Shown here piece after piece: positions 53,561 through 59,425 of a DNA stretch of 59,425 nucleotides. The stretch is taken from NCBI GenBank assembly GCA_002305675.1, contig DBQA01000006.1:189581-249005 (forward strand), written 5' to 3'. Position 1 is the stretch's first letter; each line of letters opens with the position of its first letter. Origin of the DNA: Patescibacteria group bacterium UBA1406 (GTDB lineage Bacteria; Patescibacteriota; Microgenomatia; UBA1406). The notes beneath the pieces are model-generated. The model made no database searches. It saw nothing but the letters and a program-made list of their open reading frames with translations, and had not been told where the DNA came from. Made by a program: the position numbers and the translations under genes.

Positions 53561-54054
53561 GACTCGACCAGCTTGAATGTCTTGCCGACCTTTTTAATCA
53601 CCAAGTGGAATTTGCTGAGGATGTATTTTGTCAGTTCCGCCACCCACCTCATCCCCGATGTGGGCGGCTCATGCAGCCCCGCCTCTATCTTATCCAGCGA
53701 CAAAGGCAGTTCCACCTTCTTATTCCTGACAAAAACGGAGGTATGGCTGACCGCCTCCACCCCTTGTTCCGCCAGGTCTTCATCCACTTCGGGTTCCTCA
53801 GGGACGATCTCTATCCCTCTGGCATCTTCCGCTTCCTTATTCTCGGTTTTGCTCTCGGGCTTCTCGGGAGCCATCTCGGGCATCTTGACCTGCTCCGACT
53901 CAGGCCTTCTGCCCAGGGGTTCGCTTTCCTTGGAAAACGACGGGGACGATATTTCCGGTTTCGGCTTCAGTGGGGTAAAATCCCGACTCTTGAGCATAGA
54001 AACCATTATAGTAGAAAAAGCGCCGCGGGTGTTACTGGATTTTTTCCAGGGCAA
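53557..54054 (-). CDS. Hypothetical protein with acidic low-complexity centre
   Basis: 165 aa (or 149 aa from ATG 54006). P/E/K-rich middle and a conserved-looking C-terminal ~60 aa. No motif recognised. Confidence 0.5.
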   Translation of the reverse strand: MPWKKSSNTRGAFSTIMVSMLKSRDFTPLKPKPEISSPSFSKESEPLGRRPESEQVKMPEMAPEKPESKTENKEAEDARGIEIVPEEPEVDEDLAEQGVEAVSHTSVFVRNKKVELPLSLDKIEAGLHEPPTSGMRWVAELTKYILSKFHLVIKKVGKTFKLVES

Positions 54055-54778
54055 GCCTGATCTGTTCTATAGGCAAAGCGCCCGGAATAAGGACGGCCTT
54101 CTTGGCTTTGGTGTTGATCAGGAAGCTGCCCGGGGTACCGTTGATGCCGTATTTGACCCCCGACTGGAACTGCTCTTCGACGATGTTTTTGGTCTCCTTA
54201 TTTTCATAGCAGGCCATAAACTCCGCCGCTGACACGCCGGCGTTCTCTGCATATTTGGGGAGCTCCGCCAAATTAAGGCCGTCATTTGATGGAGTGACTT
54301 CGTAGATGATGTCATTGAAAACCCAGAAGGCGTCCTCGCCTCCAAGCCTGGCCACACACTCGGCGGCAATGGCCTCATCACGGGCCTGGCTATGCAACGA
54401 GTCCAGCGGGTAATGGCGGTATACATAGGCCAGGTCCTTATTTTCTTCCATCAGCTGTTTGACCGTAGCATCAAACCGTTTACAGAACGGGCACTCGTAG
54501 TCGGAATATTCTATCAGGAGATATTTGGCGTTTGGGTTGCCCCGGACATGGTCCGATTTCTCCAGTTTCGGATACTCCTCGAGGAGCGGGAACTGCTCCT
54601 GCGGTTCGCCATTAGCTTGGGCAGCGGCCGCCGCCCTGTCCGTTTCGCCGCTTCTGACATAGTCCTTGTAGAAGAGCGCCCCGGTGGCCAGGAACAGCAG
54701 TAAAACAATGAAAACGAGTATCTTTACGGTCTTTTGCAGGGAGTCGATCTGTTCCAGTATTTTTTTATCGGCGGCCAT
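54032..54778 (-). CDS. DsbA-like thiol:disulfide oxidoreductase, TM-anchored
   Basis: 248 aa from ATG 54778 (tracker start 54817 is TTG). TM, then a thioredoxin fold with YECPFCKRF (C-x-x-C). Confidence 0.85.
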   Translation of the reverse strand: MAADKKILEQIDSLQKTVKILVFIVLLLFLATGALFYKDYVRSGETDRAAAAAQANGEPQEQFPLLEEYPKLEKSDHVRGNPNAKYLLIEYSDYECPFCKRFDATVKQLMEENKDLAYVYRHYPLDSLHSQARDEAIAAECVARLGGEDAFWVFNDIIYEVTPSNDGLNLAELPKYAENAGVSAAEFMACYENKETKNIVEEQFQSGVKYGINGTPGSFLINTKAKKAVLIPGALPIEQIRLALEKIQ

Positions 54779-54823
54779 AGTACTCAAGTACTCTACCAAA
54801 CTGGTTCCATTTGTCAATATCTC

Positions 54824-57514
54824 TTAGGAAAGCTCGGGATAGTGGCATTTTTTCCATTTTTTGCCGCTGCCGCACCAGCAGGGGTCGTTCCGGCCGAGCT
54901 TTTTCCTGGCCGGCAGTGGTTCAGCAGCTTTAGCCACCTGGGCAACGGCACTGACCGGACCTTTTTCTTGGGGCTGGCCCACCTCCCGCTTTTCCTCCAC
55001 CTGCGTCAGTTCCCTCGGCTGGATCTCGAGATGGGTGAACCGTCGGAAAAAGTCCGTTCTGATGCTTTGCAGCATGGAATTGAATATCTGATAGGATTCC
55101 TTCTTATATTCGTTCAGGGGGTCAAGCTGGGCATATCCCCTTAAATTGATGCCCTCGCGCAGGTTCTCTATGTGAGTCAGGTGTTCAGTGAAATAGTGGT
55201 CTATGGTAGACAGGTAGACCACCTTCACTCCCTCCGCAAACAGGTCTTTACCGAACCTCTTCTTCTTATCTGCGATGACGCGGGCCAAGTTTTCACCGAC
55301 CCTCTCCTTCATCTCGTCAAAACCCATCTCCATCAGACCGGCCTTGTCCTTTTCAGACAGCACGAACAGGCTCTCTATGAATTTTGTCAGCTCTTCCTTC
55401 GTCTCGCCGGACACAAACCGGAATGGTTCCAGATGGTCGTGGATAAGCTTCGCCGCCTGGTCGTCCATGAATTCCTCGAGTTCCCCATTCCTTGATTCGG
55501 CCAGCTGGATGATCCTCATCCTTTGCGAATAGATTATCTCCCTCTGCTTGTTGAGGACATCGTCAAATTCCAGCAAGTGTTTCCGGATGTCGAAATTGAA
55601 CCCCTCCACTTTTACCTGTGCTTGTTCGATAGCCTTTGAAACCATCTGATGCTCTATCGGCTGGTTCTCGGGGAAGTTGAAGAATCCCATCAGTTTCCCT
55701 ATCTGTTCGCCACCGAATATCCTCAGCATATCGTCCTCCAGGGAAATGAAGAACCGTGTCTCGCCCGGGTCTCCCTGCCTCCCGGACCGGCCTCTTAACT
55801 GGTTGTCAATCCTTCTGGACTCATGCCTTTCCGTACCGATTACATATAACCCTCCGAGTTCTACCACTTCGTCATGCGCTTTTCTCCATTCCTTCAGTTC
55901 CTTCTCCAGTTTTTCCCTGGCCCCTTTATCGTCGCTCACCTGGTATCGGTTGGGAGGCGTTCCGCCAAGGATGATGTCAACGCCGCGGCCGGCCATATTA
56001 GTAGCTATGGTCACTGCCCCCTTATTGCCGGCGTTGCCGATGATAAGGGCCTCGCGCTCATGGTTCTTGGCATTGAGAAGTTCGTGCTTCACGCCTTTTT
56101 TCCGCAATAGGGATGATAGGACCTCGTTCTTTTCGATATCGGTGGTCCCGACCAGGATGGGCCGGCCTGTCCGGTTGACCTTCTCTATTTCCTCTACGAG
56201 CGCGGTGAACTTTCCCCTTTCCGTCTTGTAAATGAAGTCCGGATGATCCTTGCGTACGATTGGCTTATTCGTAGGGACCGGCAAAACCTCAAGCTTATAT
56301 ATCTTATGGAACTCCTCGGCCTCCGTCGCGGCCGTGCCTGTCATGCCGGCCAGCTTCTCGTACATCCGGAAGTAATTCTGCAGGGAGACCGTGGCCAGGG
56401 TCTTCGATTCCTGTTTGATGGCCACCCCCTCTTTGGCTTCAATGGCCTGATGGATACCCTCCGAAAACCGCCTTCCCTCTAAAAGCCGGCCGGTGAATTC
56501 GTCCACGATCACCACTTCGCCGTTCCTGACAATATAGTCTTTATTGAGCTTAAATAGTGTCCTGGCCTTGAGGGCCGCCTCGGTATGAAAAAGGCTGTCA
56601 TAGTCGCTTTCATAAACATTCTTTACCCCCAGAAGCTTTTCCAGCTTCTCGATGCCTCTTTCTGTCAGGTTGGCAGTGCGCATCTTCTCGTCTATGACAT
56701 AGTCCGTTTCGGGCATCAATCTCTCCACTATCTTGGCATAGCGATAATAACGGCTGACATCGTCACCGTAGGGGGCGGAGATGATATGGGGCGTGCGAGC
56801 CTCATCAATAAGTACGGAGTCCACCTCATCTACAATGGCATAATAGAAGTCCCGCTGCACCGTTTCCCGGGATGAGAAGGCCATATTGTCCCTCAGGTAA
56901 TCGAAACCGTACTCGCTGTTGATACCATAGGTGATGTCCGCCTGATAGGCTTCCCGGCGGCTGATAGGCTTCAGGTGCTGCAGCCGCCAATCAGAGGCCG
57001 TCGCATCCATGAATTCGCTGTCAAAAATGAACGATTTTTCCGAGATGATGGCCGAGGTCTTCAGACCCAAAAAATCGTAGACCATCCCCATCCAGCCGGC
57101 ATCGCGCCGGGCCAGGTAGTCATTGACTGTCACCAAATGCACACCCCGTCCCATCAGCGCGTTCAGGTACAGAGGGGCGGTCGCGGAAAGAGTCTTCCCC
57201 TCTCCTGTTTTCTGTTCGGCTATCCTGCCCTCATGGAGCGCAATGGCAGCGATCAGCTGAACATCATAATGGCGCTCCGCCAGGACCCTGAAGGCCGCCT
57301 CCCTGACCAGCGCATATGCCCAGGGCAGTGCCTTCTCCAGATTGTCCTTTTGGCCGCCTATCTGCTTCTTCAATTTGGCGGTCTCTTTGGGGAAATCGGC
57401 GTTCTTGAGCTTCTTTGCCATGGGCTCTAGCTGGTTGATCTCTTCCACTATTAGCTGAAGCCGTTTGAGTTCCTTCGTATTGGAGTCAAAAAGCGATGTT
57501 AAAAAATTAAGCAT
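54824..57514 (-). CDS. secA: Preprotein translocase ATPase SecA
   Basis: 896 aa. MGRGVHLVTVNDYLARRD, DEVDSVLIDEARTPHIIS, TNMAGRGVDI and a C-terminal Zn motif CWCGSGKKWKKCH. Confidence 0.98.
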   Translation of the reverse strand: MLNFLTSLFDSNTKELKRLQLIVEEINQLEPMAKKLKNADFPKETAKLKKQIGGQKDNLEKALPWAYALVREAAFRVLAERHYDVQLIAAIALHEGRIAEQKTGEGKTLSATAPLYLNALMGRGVHLVTVNDYLARRDAGWMGMVYDFLGLKTSAIISEKSFIFDSEFMDATASDWRLQHLKPISRREAYQADITYGINSEYGFDYLRDNMAFSSRETVQRDFYYAIVDEVDSVLIDEARTPHIISAPYGDDVSRYYRYAKIVERLMPETDYVIDEKMRTANLTERGIEKLEKLLGVKNVYESDYDSLFHTEAALKARTLFKLNKDYIVRNGEVVIVDEFTGRLLEGRRFSEGIHQAIEAKEGVAIKQESKTLATVSLQNYFRMYEKLAGMTGTAATEAEEFHKIYKLEVLPVPTNKPIVRKDHPDFIYKTERGKFTALVEEIEKVNRTGRPILVGTTDIEKNEVLSSLLRKKGVKHELLNAKNHEREALIIGNAGNKGAVTIATNMAGRGVDIILGGTPPNRYQVSDDKGAREKLEKELKEWRKAHDEVVELGGLYVIGTERHESRRIDNQLRGRSGRQGDPGETRFFISLEDDMLRIFGGEQIGKLMGFFNFPENQPIEHQMVSKAIEQAQVKVEGFNFDIRKHLLEFDDVLNKQREIIYSQRMRIIQLAESRNGELEEFMDDQAAKLIHDHLEPFRFVSGETKEELTKFIESLFVLSEKDKAGLMEMGFDEMKERVGENLARVIADKKKRFGKDLFAEGVKVVYLSTIDHYFTEHLTHIENLREGINLRGYAQLDPLNEYKKESYQIFNSMLQSIRTDFFRRFTHLEIQPRELTQVEEKREVGQPQEKGPVSAVAQVAKAAEPLPARKKLGRNDPCWCGSGKKWKKCHYPELS

Positions 57515-58760
57515 GATTACCTATCATACCAAATCCGGTGAAGGGTTGCAGTACTTTGGGCACTTTTATACTGCCGTTCTTCATCTGGAAATTCTCCAGG
57601 ATGGCGATGAGTATCCTCGGTGAAGGCACGGCGGTATCGTTAAGAGTATACACGTGCTTCACCTCTCCGGCTTTGGTGCGGTACCTCATTTTCAGACGTC
57701 TGGCCTGAAAATCGGTCATGATGGAGTTGGAGGCTATCTCCCCATAGCCGTTCCTCGAAGGCATCCAGACCTCCGTATCGTACTTTTTGGCCTGGGGTTC
57801 GCCCATGTCCCCGGTACACATCAGGAGCACCCGATAGGGCAACTCCAGGTCGCGAAGCACCTCCTCGGTATTCGCCTGCAGCTCTTCGTGGTATTCCCTG
57901 GCTTTTTTGTCATCCGCTTCGGCAACCACCACCTGTTCCACCTTCCAAAATTCGTGCAGCCGGTAAAGGCCTTTGGTGTCTTTGCCATAGCTCCCCGCCT
58001 CCCTTCTGAAGCAGGGGGAAAAGGCCACGAACTTTTTGGGCAGGTCTTTTTCGTTCAGTATCTCGTCCGCAAAATAGGCGGTCACCGGCACTTCAGCCGT
58101 CCCGGCCAAAAAGACATCGTCCTTCTCCACCATATAGACCTCCTCCCTGCCCCAGGGGAACTGGCCGTTGCCGAACAGGGTGAATTCCTTGACTATCGCC
58201 GGAGCGATGATGGGCGTGTAGCCTTTCTTGACCAGCTTACCAAACACATAGAAAAGCACCGCGAAATGGAGTACGGCCATCTCATTTTTCAGAAAATAGC
58301 CCCGGAAACCGGAGATCTTTGTACCCCTCTCCATATCGGCCAGATCGTGCTTATTTATCAATTCGAGGTGCGATAACGGTTCGAAATCGAATTTAGGGAG
58401 ATCTCCCACTTTTCTTACCTCCACGTTCTGGGTCTCGTCTTTCCCGGCGGGTACCTCCGCATACGGAACGTTCGGGACCGTCAGGAGAAGACCGTTAAGT
58501 TCTGCCTCTGTTTTTTTGGCCGTTTCCTCAAGTTTTTTCAGCTCCTCCTTCACTTCTTTACCCCTTTTCATCGCCTCCTCCTTGCCGCCGAGCCTGGCGA
58601 GCTTGTTACGTTCTTCCCGGAGTTTGTTTACTGAAGCCAGAAGCTCCCGGCGCCTGTCATCCAGTTTTAACAATGAGTCGAAATCAACCTTCCTGTTTTT
58701 TTGATTAGCCGCATTTTTCACGACCTCAAGGTTTTGGCGGATAAAATCAATGCTAAGCAT
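57507..58760 (-). CDS. serS: Seryl-tRNA synthetase
   Basis: 417 aa from ATG 58760 (MLSIDFIRQNLE..., the usual SerS N-terminus; tracker start 58775 is TTG). Class II motifs FRREAG, GLYRLHEF.KVE, T.LNDTA. Confidence 0.96.
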   Translation of the reverse strand: MLSIDFIRQNLEVVKNAANQKNRKVDFDSLLKLDDRRRELLASVNKLREERNKLARLGGKEEAMKRGKEVKEELKKLEETAKKTEAELNGLLLTVPNVPYAEVPAGKDETQNVEVRKVGDLPKFDFEPLSHLELINKHDLADMERGTKISGFRGYFLKNEMAVLHFAVLFYVFGKLVKKGYTPIIAPAIVKEFTLFGNGQFPWGREEVYMVEKDDVFLAGTAEVPVTAYFADEILNEKDLPKKFVAFSPCFRREAGSYGKDTKGLYRLHEFWKVEQVVVAEADDKKAREYHEELQANTEEVLRDLELPYRVLLMCTGDMGEPQAKKYDTEVWMPSRNGYGEIASNSIMTDFQARRLKMRYRTKAGEVKHVYTLNDTAVPSPRILIAILENFQMKNGSIKVPKVLQPFTGFGMIGNHA

Positions 58761-58796
58761 AGAGCTAGTATACAACGTTTCCGTTTTTTTTTCTTA

Positions 58797-58824
58797 TTGA
58801 TTTCTTATGGTAAAGTGCGATAAT
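58797..58824 (+). promoter_or_regulatory. Putative promoter of the 58848 gene
   Basis: TTGATT (58797-58802), 16-nt spacer, extended -10 TGcGATAAT (58816-58824). Confidence 0.4.
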
Positions 58825-58847
58825 AGTCACACTTTTTTTTATGAAAA

Positions 58848-59336
58848 ATGAATGAAATTGCCGAAGTTCCTATAACCAGAGAACAGGTTGACGACATAGC
58901 TAAGAGCGTGAGAAAAAAGCCGCGCTCTCCTGTCGTGGTACCCGTCTCTTATGCCAGAGTGACAGTGCCAAAAGAGTTGCCCGCTTGCATTATGGGCGTT
59001 CTCCGCGACCCTGGTTCCTACATGCTGGACGATACCAATGTGGCGGTCGGAAGATCTCTTTATTCAACGGACGAATACGGCCGGATCTATGACGGGATCT
59101 TTAAGGGCATCACCGTTGATTCCCTCCTCCAGAGCATACCTGAAAGCGTTACTGCCCTCTGGGCCTTGCATCTTAACCTGGCCGATCCTTCCATGCCACA
59201 CAAGCTGAACGAGTTCCACAAAACCAGACAGGAAATCGGGCTAGTGGCGGTTGTCATTCCGAACCTGGCCAGTACATACCTGAAGGCTTTTTCCGAGTTC
59301 AATCCCCTCCTCCATCAGCCGGTCCGCGGCTCGTAA
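58848..59336 (+). CDS. Hypothetical protein
   Basis: 162 aa with no TM and no recognised motif. It has its own promoter-like signal. Confidence 0.5.
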   Translation: MNEIAEVPITREQVDDIAKSVRKKPRSPVVVPVSYARVTVPKELPACIMGVLRDPGSYMLDDTNVAVGRSLYSTDEYGRIYDGIFKGITVDSLLQSIPESVTALWALHLNLADPSMPHKLNEFHKTRQEIGLVAVVIPNLASTYLKAFSEFNPLLHQPVRGS

Positions 59337-59425
59337 TCCCTCAAGAATTTTTTGACCCGGCCGATATACGGACCGCTGGCCTGGAATATTCCCTCATCGG
59401 ACTCGTCCCGATCTATCAAAGGTCT

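Noticed and set aside
59315-59425. Open minus-strand frame reaching the right edge (...RPLIDRDESDEGIFQASGPYIGRVKKFLRDYEPRTG-stop). It would overlap the 3' end of the 58848-59336 ORF by 22 nt.
   Set aside because: Only 36 codons are visible with no recognisable motif, so a gene call cannot be supported. It may be the C-terminus of a convergent gene.
1-59425. Alternative genetic code (UGA = Gly/Trp, as in some CPR lineages)
   Set aside because: All conserved genes are full-length under code 11. TGA terminates conserved genes at the expected length, for example infA and the ATGA/TGATG coupled junctions.
1-59425. CRISPR arrays, rRNA genes, transposases/integrases, toxin-antitoxin or known defence genes
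   Set aside because: Reading both strands showed no spaced direct-repeat array and no rRNA-like conserved blocks. No ORF had recombinase, nuclease or RT motifs. The only repeats found are the three palindrome copies.

Overview
This 59.4-kb chromosomal segment looks like a small-genome Candidate Phyla Radiation (Patescibacteria)-type bacterium. It uses the standard genetic code: TGA is a real stop, for example in infA. All family calls come from motif recognition by eye; no BLAST, HMM or folding was run.

Layout:
- (a) 1-1331: a TasA-like / SipW / TasA-like fibre-secretion cassette. The second TasA-like gene is visible only by manual translation at the left edge.
- (b) 1589-2326: a Crp/Fnr regulator, divergent from (a).
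- (c) 2335-10012 (minus): a 4-gene overlapping glycosylation operon. It encodes a GtrB/DPM1-like GT2 fused to a processive GT2, a Wzx-like flippase fused to a GT4, and two GT-C membrane transferases.
- (d) about 11.1-15.8 kb: a sharply AT-rich block. It encodes a secreted ~890-aa protein with an LCAT/PGAP1-type lipase core, a membrane-anchored serine hydrolase and a methyltransferase.
- (e) 15084-22554 (plus): an 8-gene translationally coupled glycan operon.
- (f) 22.5-32.1 kb: envelope and housekeeping genes. These are htpX, lemA, tRNA-Thr, tRNA-Asp, a GNAT, a lysozyme-like protein, a LysM protein, an orphan solute-binding protein and VanW.
- (g) 32.1-49.3 kb (minus): one continuous tuf-S10-spc-alpha-L13/S9 ribosomal super-operon. 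It includes secY, an adk fusion, map, infA, rpmJ (found by hand) and rpoA, and has no slot for L30.
- (h) 49.5-58.8 kb (minus): serS-secA-DsbA-like-GT2-WecA-like-PEGA/SH3 genes.

Non-coding signals worth attention:
- A 19-nt GC-rich palindrome occurs three times in 5' regions.
- -10 boxes recur 6-8 nt upstream of start codons, which suggests leaderless mRNAs.
- A near-consensus promoter, leader and terminator-like hairpin lie between rpsJ and rplC.
- Strong hairpins lie between tasA-like and sipW and between tuf and rpsJ.

No CRISPR array, rRNA, transposase, integrase or recognisable defence gene was seen.
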